64,000 nucleotides of DNA from Dendrobates tinctorius. Its lineage: Eukaryota. Each line of letters begins with the position of its first letter. Within the stretch, counting starts at the first letter, position 1. This document shows positions 36,504 through 49,152 of this stretch, piece after piece. The notes beneath the pieces were generated by a model. It did no database searches, was not told the DNA's origin, and saw only the letters and a list, made by a program, of their open reading frames with translations. The stretch lies in the NCBI RefSeq assembly GCF_039654945.1, contig NW_027361722.1, forward strand, positions 4,402,001-4,466,000. The letters are read 5' to 3'. Position numbers and translations under genes: made by a program.

Positions 36504-37398
36504 GGCTGTGTGCCCACGTAGCAATTTTTAAGCGTTTTTGCCGCGATTTTCAGCACGAAAACGTTTAAAAATCGTGTACAAAACGCCCCCCATGCATTCC
36601 TATGGCATTCCGCACATGCTGTGCTAATGCTGCGCTTTTTTCCGCGGCGGAATCGCATCGCGGAAAAAAAATCGCAGCATGCTCATTCTTTTGTGCGGAA
36701 TCGCAAAGAATTGCCGCGATTCCGCACCCATAGGAATGCATGAGAATCGCTTACTTCCCGCATGTGGCTATGCCCACCATGCGGGAAGTTAAGCGTCTCA
36801 TGTGCGTTTGGTACCCACGGTGTGGAGGAGAGGAGACTGTCCTCCAGGCCCTGGGTACCATACCCCTGTAAAAAAAATAAAAAAATCGGGGTATATTTAC
36901 CTTCCGATGTCCCGCGCTGCATTCCCGGCCTAGCGTTCCCAGTAATGCCTTGCGGCAAGGCCCTGTAATGACGCGGTCTCGCGAGATCGCTATAGTAACG
37001 CGAGACTACATCATCACAGGTCTCGCAAGGCATTACTGGGAACGCTGAGGCCCGGGAATGCAGCGCGGGACACCGGAAGGTAAATATACCCCGATTTTTT
37101 TATTTTTTTTTAGCATTTTAACATCCTATCTTTTACTATTGAGGCCGCATAGGCGGCCTCAATAGTAAAAACCTGGTCACACTTGTCAAACACTATATTT
37201 GACGAGTGTGACCAACCTGTCAATCACTTTCCAAGCGATGCTTCAAATCGCTTGGAAAGTGCTTGAGAAAATCGCGGCAAAATCGCAAACAGAATCGCAG
37301 TAAAATCGCGGTGAAATCGCGCGGAAAAAAACGCGCGATTTCTGGGAAGGAGTGCGGTTTTTAGTGAGCGTTTTAAAACGCTACGTGGGCCCACAGCC
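36504..37398. mobile_element. Harbinger-type MITE with internal ~240-bp hairpin
   Basis: TIR GGCTGTGTGCCCACGTAGC / GCTACGTGGGCCCACAGCC, TAA duplication; inner inverted repeat ~36870-37110. Confidence 0.9.
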
Positions 37399-37401
37399 TA
37401 A

Positions 37402-37955
37402 AGGGAATCTGTCACCCTTTGTTTGCAATGCTGGCATTGACATCAGGGGCTTATCTACAGCATTCTATAATGCATTCTGTAATGCTGTAGATAAGCCCCC
37501 GATGAAACCTGAAAGATAAGAAAAACACGTTAGATTATACTCACCGGAGTGGGCGGTCCGGTCCGACGCCTCCCATCTTCATATGATGCCGTCCTCTTCT
37601 TTCCTTCCTATCGTGGCTCCGGCGCAGGCGCACTGCTCTCGGGGCCTTTCCCGGGGCCTGCGCACTGCAGTATTCTGCTCTGCCCTCAACAGGGCAGAGC
37701 AGTGGCCGGAGCTACTACAGGAAGGGAAGAAGAGGATGGCATCGTATGAAGATGGGAGGCGCCTGACCGGACTACAACACCCATCGGACCGGGCAGCCCC
37801 CTCCGGTGAGTATAACCTAATGTGTTTTTCTTATCTTTCAGGTTACATCGGGGGCTTATCTACAGCATTACAGAATGCATTACAGAGTGCTGTAGATAAG
37901 CCTCTGATGTCAATGTCGGCAGCTGATAGGCAAAAAAAAGGGTGACAGATTCCCT
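37402..37955. mobile_element. T2/Kolobok-type palindromic MITE
   Basis: Ends AGGGAATCTGTCACCC / GGGTGACAGATTCCCT with TTAA target (right copy 37956-59; left copy interrupted by the neighbouring MITE); arms complementary over most of the length. Confidence 0.88.
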
Positions 37956-38018
37956 TTAAGGGGTCAGACATTACTGATGACATCACCCCCTTTCGCCAGC
38001 TCCCCGACCTCCCCTTAC

Positions 38019-38155
38019 CGAGTTTTGCCAGCTCTCCGACCTCCAGGACGTCTTTGTAGAACTTGTCATTGTAGCTGACTGGGAAGATGACCTGGTTCAG
38101 CCGCTTCAGTTGCTTTATGTTGTGTGGCGTCACGTCTCCCAACTCGATCCGGCTA
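38019..38155 (-). CDS. NAA50: NAA50 exon 2 (137 nt)
   Basis: SRIELGDVTPHNIKQLKRLNQVIFPVSYNDKFYKDVLEVGELAKL; acceptor ccag|TAG, donor gtaagg. Confidence 0.97.
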
Positions 38156-40199
38156 CTGGAACAAAGCAAAACATCCTTAAAAAAAATTCACTAGACACTT
38201 GAACCCAAAGTCTTGTAAGTCAGCAAATATAATTATACAAAGTAAACCAAGAGCCAAAACTTGTAAGGAGGCAAATCTTCTTCAGAGCTTTGTCCTTACA
38301 TCTTGGAGTCGCCCGTGTCAAACTCATTGGTGGGGGTCGCAAGGCCTCCATTGTTAGCTGGTGAGGTCAGCTAGAACCTTGCTTTACCATTTACGACCTG
38401 CCTTTAATCATTGCAGCCCCTTAAACCTTGCCATATGAGGGTCTCAACGCATTCACCGCCCAATGACGGGAACCTATGACTGAAGGGGATACGTGCTTTT
38501 GTCTTTACCATTTCGGCACCCATTATCAACATTAAGTGGCGCCACCTAGTGGGATATACCAGGTGAAGTGTACACAGGACCTGGTGCAAGAGTCAGAATG
38601 TCCCTCCTATGAATCAGGAGGCTCAGGATGCACAGGTTTTTTGGCTTGCTGGACCTGTGTGACCTCCGAACAAACTTGTGGCTTGCGGATAACAGCAGCA
38701 TGCAGCGGTTCTGGGCTCACAGACTGGCACTTATTGAGCCATGCATTCCCTGCACGACAGGCAGATTAATTTCTCGCGCCAAGTTATGTGATCGCCTGCG
38801 GTCCATAACACGGATCCCAGTAATAACCCATTGTCGTCCAGGGATTGTCAGCCGGTCCAGACGACGTGTTTCACACTCACCAGAACGCGGCGATGCTTCC
38901 ATTGCTCATTGCTATAAATAGTCTCTGACCGTCCGGAGAAGGAATGCGGAGCCCTGAAACGGATCCCAGCGCAGATCGCTCCACCAACAGCTATTTACAG
39001 CTATCGCTTGTTAAATTTAGTTGCAACCACATGGACGAACATGGGGACAGCGAGGATGCAAAGAATCATGGTGGCAACAGCGGCAGCACGATGTGGAGTG
39101 CAAAAAAAAAAAAAAGCATCTTTTTGCACCATTTTCATGTGTTTTAACACCTTCCTGCAGATTAGCCAAGCTGCGAACAGATAAGTAATGGTGACTGCAC
39201 GTGCACAATGTGAAGTTATAACAGCGAGGATCAGAGATGGCTCTGATCTGTCATTACACCCTGCAGAAGTCGCGGCCTCTAATGACCACGGCACGACCAA
39301 ACCTCAACACACATGGTGCTGCCTGAACAGTAATGGCATCGGTCAAGAGGAGAGGATCCAACCCGCGGTTAGTATTAGAGGGCCCGAATATAACCTGCCC
39401 TATCATAATGGGCTGCACAGTCTGGCACAGAAATAGGGCCCCCACTATCAATTTTGCACTGCAGGTGGCGACATTAGGGTATTTCTCTACACTGACTAGT
39501 AATGGTCGACCGATGGGAGAAACCTTCCAGGGAAACTGTGCAGTAGGGGAGCAGATGTGGAGGACTTTCTAAGAGGCGCTGCCAAGTCTCAGAGCATAGT
39601 TAGAGGGGAAGGTAGACTTGGCCGCAAGAGACGCTCAAATCCAGACTGCAAATCCCAAGCCTTTCCCAGATTTTATAGGACACGAGGGACCAAATAGCAG
39701 ACGAACAAACGCTTCTCCTGGAGCCCCCCCCCTGCAGAGGAGGATGCAATAAAAAGGGACATCGCCGTTCAATTGTGTACCATTAACTATTCAGTGTCGG
39801 GACATCAATGCTCAGAGAACAGAAGTCAATGATCTTACATACATCGGTCAAAAGTTTGGGCGCCCCGGTTACAGTAATGGTCTTATTAGAATGTGCAACC
39901 TGCAGATTCAGACTGAAGGCAGCAAAACCAGGGAGGCACAAATATGGAAACAAGCAGTAAAGAAACATGTGTAACATTATCCAGAACTAGCCACTAAGTG
40001 CAGAGGAGATGGCGGTGGCTGCAGAACGATGTGGTCACCACACTCACTAATGTGCTGCTGATCGTCTTGTCAGTAGCGGCTTCTTTGCAGCAATTTCTCC
40101 ATAATGTCCTAGTGTCTCCTCTGGACAGCTAATGCCAAGATGTCCAAGATGTGTCTGCTGGTTGATGTCTGTGCATCACTTACTGGAGCTGTTATCCGA

Positions 40200-40385
40200 G
40201 ATGCTGCCAATTGATGGTATCTGAGACTGGTAACTGATGAACTTATCCTCTGCAGCAGAGGTCATTATTGGTCTTCCTTTCCTGGGGCGATCCTCAAAAG
40301 CCAGTTTTATCATAGTAATTTCAATAAGAATAAAGAAAACTATAGCATGAACAGGAGTGTCTAAAAACGTTGACTGTTCCTGTAT
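40200..40385 (-). mobile_element. Old Tc1 transposase/TIR remnant
   Basis: EDRPRKGRPIMTSAAEDKFI resembles the Tc1 GRPR linker; AAAACGTTGACTGTTCCTGTA resembles a TIR end. Confidence 0.55.
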
Positions 40386-41704
40386 GATGACATGCATGTC
40401 TAACCAATAAGGGCAAATACAACAGTAAAAAAAGCACAGACATACAATCAGTGTTGTACAGGGTCCATGGGTTTCTGTCCATTAAACCAGAGCATACATT
40501 CCTCATATCTACCATATACTGGCATGGGCAGATCACAGTGGTCCTCCTGATTAGGAGCCCCTGTAAAAGATTTAATCTTGGGTCAGGCAAATGAGGTCTC
40601 TCCAGTGTCAACTGGAGGGTTTATTTCCTTTTGTGATCGCATCACTGCCAATGTGCGACCATAACGGAGGCTTGGTAGGATCGTGTGATTTAAACGACAG
40701 TCTGTGTGCAACAATGGCATTTAAAGGGTTAGAGCGGATGAATCTGCTGTTAAACGCAAATGCTGGCTGTGTAACTCGGCTGGCTTCTGCTCTCTGCTGA
40801 GCTCGGCTCCACACGCAGAGCCCCTCATCATGATGGAGATATCAGTCATGGAGCTTAAAGGAGTTTTCCAAGATATTAACCACCATTATAAATATCAGAT
40901 CATTGGGGGCCCACGCATCACCTGTTAACAGCTCCGCTAGCGGCCATGATATAAGCAGAATCACCGGGTGCGGATGGGTAACAGACAACAGCAGATCGTA
41001 GATGACAGCAGGTGTCGCAGCAGCCTCTGGGCAGTGTCTCTTTGGGGCATGTTCACACAGGTCAGATAAGCAACAAATTTTCGGTCTCTTTGATATACCA
41101 GATGCAAAATTTGCAACGTAGCAGATGAGGTTTTTCAAGCTTTCATCTACTCCGCTTAACCGCTTCCCGACCGCCCACAGTAGATAAACGTTGGCGCTTG
41201 CTGGGCTCTGTGCAGCGCCGACGTTTATCTACTGTCAGAGGTTTTGTGCCCCCCCGGGACCCCCACATACCTTATAATGCTGGGACCCCCGACGTCATCG
41301 AGACCTGATTGGTTCAGGTCCTGATGACGTCAGCGCCACAGCAGCCAATGAGAGCGCTCGCTGGGAAAGCTGCTTGTTTCCCGGCGATCTCACTCATTGT
41401 AACGCGACTTCTCCTCTGATCTCACACTGACAGATCATCAGAGGTGAAGCAGCGTTAGGCCGGGGTCACACTAACCGACGCAAAATACAGTCAGTATTTT
41501 ACATGCGTAATACGGATGAATGGCCCCTAAATAGTGCTCTGTATGTCATCCGTAATCAAGGTGTGGTCGCGTATTTTGCGCATGTCAGCATCCGTATGTA
41601 ATCCGTATGGCAAGATTTTCTCACAGGCTTTCAAAATGGACATATAATGGAGCCCTAGGACAGGGTTTCTAACAGAAACCAAAGAATAGATATAGACACA
41701 TAGA

Positions 41705-41736
<32 letters not shown>

Positions 41737-42402
41737 GCATTCTATGTGTCTATATCTATTCTTTCGCTTCTTTATTAAACCTGCCAGTGTGTTTACTGTA
41801 TAGCGCACTGAATTGCCGGCTTTGCTAAAAGACACCAGGTGCGTATTTCTCGCAGGTCACATGTGTGGTCCGTGTGTAATCCGTATTTTTTGCGCGCCCA
41901 TAGACTTGCATTGGCGTATTACGGCCGTAGTACGCTGACAATCGCAGCATGCTGCGATTGGCACGGAGCGTAGAATACGGGTGAGAAAACCGGATTACTT
42001 ACCGGTAATACTCTTTTGTAGAGTCCACGACAGCACCCACTGAGAGAGGGGATCCGCCCCCGGAACAGGAAACCTACAGAGAGATAAATGGGGCGGTCCC
42101 CCTCACTCCCTCAGTTTGTGTTACCGAGAACAACGGAGGAACCGCCATACATGTTTTAGTCAATTTGTTTGGGCGATTCATCTATCTTACCCCTATGTAG
42201 TTTTATGTTTACTAAGTTCAGTCACCTATTTAACTTAACTCATAATCTCCACCACCAAGGAGACCCATATGTGAAAAAATCTTTACGGGAGGGAAGTGAG
42301 CGGGTGCTGTCGTGGACTCTACAAAAGAGTATTACCGGTAAGTAATCCGGTTTTTCCTCTTCGCCACGACAGCACCCACTGAGAGATTTCCAGAGATAAT
42401 CA

Positions 42403-43831
42403 CTAGGGCGGGCACACCGTGTTAAGGACTGATCTACCAAAAGTCAAATCCTCAGTAGAGGATAAATCTAGTCTATAGTGACTATAAAAGGTAGACGGAG
42501 AAGACCAGGTTGCAGCCTTACATATCTGTTCAATTGGGACGTTCGCTCTCTCGGCCCAGGAGGATGATATGGCTCTAGTAGAGTGCGCCTTAATCCCCAG
42601 TGGAGGGTCTTCTCCTTTTGCCAGATACGCCATTGTGATAGCATCTAATCCATCTGGATATCGTGCCTGATGTAACTGCAGACCCCTTTCTGCTGCCCTG
42701 GAAGGAGACAAAAAGAGACCTACTCTGCCTCCAGGGACTGGTCCTATCTAGATAGATGTGAAGAGAGCCGTGCTAGCCTAAGGTGTGATATTTCTCCTCG
42801 TCCTGTGTTGACGGGTTCTCATAGAATGAAGGTAGGCATATCTCTTGAGATCTATGAAATTTAGTTGCCCGTTTGGGCAGGTAGGACGGGTCTGTCTTTA
42901 AAATCAGACTGTCTCGTGTTATTAACAGGAACGGAGGGTCTACTGATAGAGCGTGAAGATCACTCACCCTCCTGGCCGATACTAAGGCCACCAGCATAGC
43001 CGTTTTCAATGAGAGGCACTTTATTGATGCTGAGCTTATGGGCTCAAATGGTGCCTGAGTGAAGCCATCCAAAACTAGAGTAAGGTTCCACGCTGGTAGC
43101 CGAGGCATATGCACCGGTTCTGCTCGTTGACAAGCCGAGATAAACCGAGTCACCCATCTATTTGCTGCCAAGTTATAGTTAAACAGGGCTCCTAGGGCTG
43201 ATACGTGGACCTTTAGAGTGCTCACTGAGAGTCTCAATTCTCTGCCTTTTTGTAGAAACTCTAGAATGGCCGTAATGGGTACTTCACCGGCTAGTTTTGT
43301 TGGGTGAAAGGCCAGGAACTTCCTCCACACCTTAGAATATATTTTAGTTGTGGACTCCTTCCTGCTTTGTAGCAGGGTATTGATTAGGTTCTTTGAGAAT
43401 CCCTTCTGCCTCAGTAGCTCCCTTTCAAATTCCAGGCCGCTAGGTGCAAGGCTTTGGCCTGTGGATGGTAGCAGGGTCCCTGCGAGAGAAGATTCTGGTG
43501 CAGCGGCAGGATCCACAGGTCGGTTACTGACATGGCTCTCAGCCATGAAAACCACGGTCTTTTTGGCCAAAACGGGGCTATCAAGATGACCCTCGCCCTC
43601 TCCTGTCTTATTTTCCTGACTACTGTTGGTAGTAGCACCATCGGGGGGAAGGCATAGGCTAGTTGGAATGCCCAGGGTGCTTGGAGGGCATCTAGAATTT
43701 CTGGGTTGTCCGACCTGTAGAGTGAAGCAAACCTTTTTACGCGCCTGTTGGCTCTGGTTGCGAATAGGTCTATCTCTGGTCTGCCCCATTCTGACGCTAT
43801 CATTTCGAAGACGTGCCTGCTGAGGACCCAC
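42403..43831 (-). pseudogene. DIRS tyrosine recombinase (disrupted)
   Basis: LVALVSARRVSDL, KAHSTRA, AATWSSPSTFYSHY catalytic motifs; split by stop/frameshifts near 42650-42775. Confidence 0.9.
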
Positions 43832-45446
43832 TCGCCCTGGTATAGGGCCTGGCGACTGAGATAGTCTGCTCGAGAGTAGTCTACTCCTCTTATATGGAGA
43901 GCTGACAAGGAGAGAAGATGGACCTCGGCCATTTCCAGGATCTTTCCCGCGATAGACATCAGTGGCATTGACCGCGTGCCTCCTTGCCGGTTTATATAGG
44001 CCACTGCGGTGGTATTGTCTGTCTGGATCTTTACGTGGGTGCCCCTTAACTGCGGGAGAAAGTGAGATATTGCATAAAAAAAAAAATCGCTGTTAGCTCC
44101 TTTACATTAGAGGAGGCCTCTATTTCATCCTCACGCCACCAGCCTTGTACCATGTGCTCCTCTAGATGGGCTCCCCAACCTAAGGGGCTGGCATCCGTGG
44201 TGAGTATCTTGGAGGGAGTCACCCACCACTGTACTCCCTTCGATAGATTGAAAGGATTTATCCACCATTTTAGGGATTCAACCACCTCGGGCGATAGGGA
44301 CATCTTCCCTTCCAGCCGCCCCTGCAGTCTGTCTCCTGCAGAATAGCCCACTGCAGTTCTCTGGAGTGGAACTGAGCCCATTGCACCGCTGGAATGCACG
44401 ATATCAGAGACCCCAGCAAGGACATACCCTGTCTCAATGATATTACGGGTCTTCCTGTAGTATTCTGTATCTTATCGATTATGGCCATTACTTTGGCGTT
44501 CGGCAGAAAGCACTCCTCAGTTACGGAGTCCACTTGCAGGCCCAAAAACCTCTGACAGGTCACTGGCTCTAGTCTGGACTTCTCCCAGTTAGCCAACCCA
44601 GTGTTTGTAGGGATGAGATAATCCTAGCTATTCTCGCTTCACACTGTGAAACAGAATTCCCCACTATGAGTAGGTCATCTAAGGGACAACTAGGGTGTCA
44701 TTCAGCCTTACATACGACATTACTTCCAGCATCAATTTGGTAAATACCCGAGGAGCCATGGATAGCCCAAATGGCATTGCCGCAAACTGGAAATGCTGAA
44801 TCCGACCTTTGAACCAGACTGCTACCCGCAGGAACCTCTGGTGCCCTCGATATATGGGGAGATGGTAGTAGGCGTCCTTTAGGTCCAAGACTGCCATATA
44901 ACACCTGGGAAACAAAAGCTTTATTGCAGACTTAATCGACTCCATTTTAAACGACCTTAGTCTTAGGAAGGTATTAAGTTTCTTTAAATTTATTATAGTC
45001 CTGTAAGAGCCATCTGGTTTTGGGACTAAAAATAGAGGAGAATAAAAGCCCATCCCTATTTCGTCGTCTGGGACCTTTACTAGGACCTGTTTAGTTAGCA
45101 GTACTGCAATTTCCATCTCCAGTGCTTCCTGCTGTGTTCGGGACTTCATAGAAGTCAATAGGAAGGAGTTTGGTGGATACCGAACAAATTCTAATTTTAG
45201 GCCTGATGACACAATATTTAAGGCCCACGGGTTTGATGTCACCTTCATCCATTGGCGGCTGAATTTTAATAGCCTGCCACCTACCGGTGTAACGGTTCTA
45301 TCGGGATCTGTCTCCCCTGAAGGGACGTTTCCCGAATAGGTTGCCTCTTTGCTTGGGGTCCTTATTTCCCCAGCGATCCTGGGGTCTAAAGTCCTTCTTT
45401 TTACCGAACGGCGGCTTCCTGTAGGCCCTCCTGTTGAACGGAACAT
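43411..45446 (-). pseudogene. DIRS pol: reverse transcriptase, RNase H and methyltransferase-like domain (disrupted)
   Basis: FYSPLFLVPKPDG, VLDLKDAYYH, MPFGLSMAPRVFTK; TTDASPLGWGAH, DNTTAVAYINRQGGTRS; IDLFAT, YAFPP; several frameshifts. Confidence 0.92.
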
Positions 45447-46842
45447 ACGGGTTAGGGAACCCCTTCTTCCTCTCCCCCGCTTTTGTCAAAATCTCATCCA
45501 GTTCCGTGCCAAACAGGTACTTACCCTGGCAGGGTATAGCACACAATCTAGTTTTTGTTTGTGTGTCTCCTTTCCACCCCTTCAACCATAAGGCCCGCCT
45601 GCCTGCATTGGTCAGTCCTGCCGCTCTAGCTGATAACCGGAGAGAGTCTGCGGAGTCGTCGGAGAGGAAGGCCGCTGCTCCCTTAATGAGGGGCATAGAG
45701 TAAAGAAGTCTATTCCTAGCTACTCCATTCTTAATATTGTCCTCCAAGTCATTCAGCCACACCAACATTGATCTTGCTGTACACGTGGCTGCTATTGCGG
45801 GCTTAAAGGCTGCCGTCCAAGATCTTTTGAGGAATGTATCGGTCTTACGATCCGAGGAATCAGCCAAAGTTCCCGAATCCTCTACCGGCAAGGAGGATCT
45901 ACGGGAGGTAGAGGCCACTGCCACATCCACCTCGGGGGCTCTCGACCAGGCTGTTAACTCCTCATCGTCAAAGGGATACTTACGCTTTGACGTTAAGGGG
46001 AGGAAGGTCCTCTGACCTTGTTTCTCCCATTCCCTCTTAACTAGGTCTTTTACAGCTGGGACCACTGGGAATGCCCGGACCTTTTTACGGGAAATACCTG
46101 CAAACATTATGTCCTGAGGGGTCTTGGGGTCCTTACTCTCCGGCAACCCCATGGTATTTCGGACGGACTTTACTAAATTACTTACACTGTCCGTGGGGAA
46201 ACACATCTGGTCCTCGTCCTCTGAGGAAAGATATTCCTGGGACTTATCGGAATCTAGCTCTCCGGTATCTGACGGCGACTTTGACGCCAGCGAGACTCCT
46301 CCTCTAGGCGAACATATTTCTCTCACGGAGGAGTGACCCCCTAGACTACTGGAACCGCCTAAGGCCCGTAGTTCCTCTCTTATCATTGCCCGGATATCCT
46401 CCTTCTTTCATGAGGATTCCTCCTGTAAGGCCTCCTCAACACACGATTGGCATAATCTCTTTGGGTGGCCATCCGGGAGGGGCTGCGAACATAAGGCACA
46501 CTCTCTATGTTTCGCCTTCTCTGTTCTTTTAGCCTAAAGGGGGTATGGACCAGAAAGAGAAGGCCATCAATTATCTATCCTGACCAAAAAACACTCACCC
46601 GTAAATTTCGTCAGCAACTACCGGCTGCGGTGTCCGTGACCCAGGCTGAGGAGAGGCATGGGACGACTTCTTTTCCTTGCGTTTCTTCCATCTTGCCTGG
46701 AAGGTCCACTAGATTCCTTCCTGGAGCTGCCACTTTTTCTGGTGCTATTGGTTCTCCTTGTAGCACTGCTCTGTCTACTGCCATGTGGGGATACCACTAG
46801 CTGACCTAATGGGAGCGAAGCTGGGTCATCTAAGGACGACAT
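45298..46842 (-). pseudogene. DIRS gag/ORF1 (LAP2alpha-like region; CxxC-x12-CxxC knuckle; disrupted)
   Basis: 362-aa ORF (RRALWLKGWKGD, LCAIPCQGKYLFGTELD) preceded in frame, past one TGA, by HRECALCSQPLPDGHPKRLCQSC. Confidence 0.8.
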
Positions 46843-47895
46843 GACTGCGCACTAGCGCTGTGTCTGTGGCTTCCTTTTAAAGCCTTTGCTATAGCTGCTC
46901 CTCTCTTTTTTTTTTTTTGTCCACCATTTTTTTTTTTTTGCCTACTGCGCATGCGCGGGCGTTGTCCCGCGGTCTCTGCCTTCTGCCTGATCCCGGAAGT
47001 CCTCCTACCACTTCCGGGTTGCCTCTCCTGGGGAGCGCTGGGTCACCGCAATTAGTGATGCGGCCGGCGATGCCCACCGCGCATCTGCGCCCCCCCCCCA
47101 CGCACGGGGTCCTTCTCCTGCCGCAGGTATGACTCCCAGGCGCCGCTCAGCACGCACGCTCGAGCCCTTCTGCCTTTCGGGGGGGGGGCGCGCGGCCCAG
47201 TATGCCCAGATGGCGTTTGTAATGCGCCTACCTCCTCGGGGGGGGTATAGCCATGTCCCCAGTGAGCCTTGGCACCACTGTCGCCTCCAGCCTCACCTGC
47301 ATTACACCAGCTCTGGGGGGGGGGGGGGAATACACCTCTCCGCCCGACGCTGCCTCCAGTCCTGGGGCCCCTGCTGCTCATATTCTGCACGCAGGCGGCT
47401 ACCAGACCAGGAATCCTCTTCTGCGGGTTCCTTTCCAGGAACAGGAAACCAAACTGAGGGAGCGAGGGGGACCGCCCCATTTATCTCTCTGTAGGTTTCC
47501 TGTTCCGGGGGCGGATCCCCTCTCTCAGTGGGTGCTGTCGTGGCGAAGAGGAAAATATACGGCTGGTGCGAGGGACCCCATAGAGAATCATTGGTCCGTG
47601 TCTAATGCGTGCTTTTAGCGCCTCTCACTCTGCCGTATTCCTCGCCAGTGTGACCCCGGCCTTACTGTGTGACTAGATCGCTGCCTGGCACAGCTGTGTC
47701 AGGCAGCGATCTTGTCACACAGTAACGCTGCTTCTCCTCTGATCATCTGTCAGTGTGAGATCAGAGGAGAAGTGGCGTTACTATGAGTCAGATCGCAGGG
47801 CAGCGATCTTGTCACAAGAAAAGAGAGAAGAAAAAAAAAAAAAACAGGCACGCAGGTTAGGGTTAGGGCTGGGATCAGGGTTGGAATTAGAATTG

Positions 47896-48900
47896 GGGGT
47901 TTCCACTGTTTAGGTACATCAGGGGCTCTGTAAACGCAACATGACGCCCGCAGACCATTCCATCAAAATCTGCATTTCAGAACGTAACTACTTCCCTTCC
48001 GAGCCCCGACGTGTGCCCAAACAGTAGTTTTCTTCCACATATGGGGTATCAGCGTACTCAGGACAAGTTAGACAACAACTTTTGGGGTCCAATTTCTCCT
48101 GTTACCCTTGTGAAAATAAAAAATTGGGGGCTAAAAGATCATTTTGTGGAAAAAAAAAAAAATGATTTTTTATTTTCATGGCTCTACATTATAAACTTTA
48201 GTGAAACACTTGGGGTTCAAACTGCTCACCACACATCTAGATAAGTTCTGTGGGGGGTCTAGTTTCCAAAATGGGGTCATTTGTGGGGGGGTTCCACTGT
48301 TTAGGTACATCAGGGGCTCTGCAAATGCGACATGACACCCGCAGACCATTCCATCAAAGTCTGCATTCCAGAACGTCACTACTTCCCTTCCGAGCCCCGA
48401 CGTGTGCCCATACAGTAGTTTTCTTCCACATATGGGGTATCAGCGTATTCAGGACAAATTGGACAACAACTTTTGGGTCCAATTTCTCCTGTTACCCTTG
48501 TGAAAATAAAAAATTGGGGGCTAAAAGATCATTTTGTGGAAAAAAAATTGATTTTTTATTTTAATGGCTCTACGTTATAAACTTCTGTGAAGCACTTGGG
48601 GGTTCAAAGTGTTCACGACACATCTAGATAAGTTCTTTAAGGGGTCTAGTTTCCAAAATGGGGTCACTTGTGGGGGGTTTCCACTGTTTAGGTACATCAG
48701 GGGCTCTCTAAATGCGACATGGCATCCGATCTCAATTCCAGCCAATTCTGCATTGAAAATGTCAAACGGCACTCCTCCCGTTCTGAGCTCTGCCGTGTGC
48801 TGAAACAGTGGTTTAGCCCCACATATGGGGTATCGGCGTATTCGGGAGAAATTGCACAAAAAATTTTGTGGTTCATTTTCTCTTTTTACACTTGTGAAAA
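47896..48900. repeat. ~389-bp internal tandem subrepeats of the TTAA element
   Basis: GGGG(T)TTCCACTGTTTAGGTACATCAGGGGCTCT recurs at ~47896, 48287 and 48673. Confidence 0.85.
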
Positions 48901-48929
48901 TAAAAAAAAAATGGTTCTGAAGTAAAATG

Positions 48930-49152
48930 GGAGGAGACACAGATTAGATATTAGAAAAAACTTTTTGACAGTTAGAGTGATCAATGAGTGGAACAAGCTG
49001 CCACGAGAAGTGGTGAGTTCTCCTTCAATGGAAGTCTTCAAACAGAGGCTGGACAGACATCTGACTGGGATGATTTAGCAAATCCTGCTTTGAGCAGGGG
49101 GTTGGACCAGATGGCCCAGGAGGTCCCTTCCAACTCTACGATTCTATGATTC
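48930..49152 (+). mobile_element. Short 5'-truncated CR1 (3' end only)
   Basis: Near-identical to the reverse complement of 234-458; ATTCTATGATTCT tail; TAAAATG direct repeat on both sides. Confidence 0.92.

Larger units (their letters stand above)
41986..47555 (-). mobile_element. Full-length DIRS1-like tyrosine-recombinase retrotransposon
   Basis: ~93-bp inverted terminal repeats (42025-42118 vs 47450-47543), internal complementary region ~42300-42387 joining both ends, gag/RT-RH-MT/YR ORFs, ends at shared AAAA with no true TSD. Confidence 0.95.
41458..47661. mobile_element. Harbinger MITE (~630 bp) split by a DIRS insertion
   Basis: TIR GGCCGGGGTCACACT / AGTGTGACCCCGGCC, TTA duplication (41455-57, 47662-64); sequence matches the right end of the Harbinger at 56293-60888. 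Confidence 0.9.

Noticed and set aside
37843-38169. Single-exon extensions of NAA50 ORFs (also 36021-36443)
   Set aside because: Only the GT-AG-bounded parts match NAA50; the rest is intron or MITE read-through.
38400-41100. Additional gene or snoRNA in NAA50 intron 1
   Set aside because: Only short ORFs with no recognisable homology plus transposon remnants; no convincing C/D or H/ACA structure by eye.
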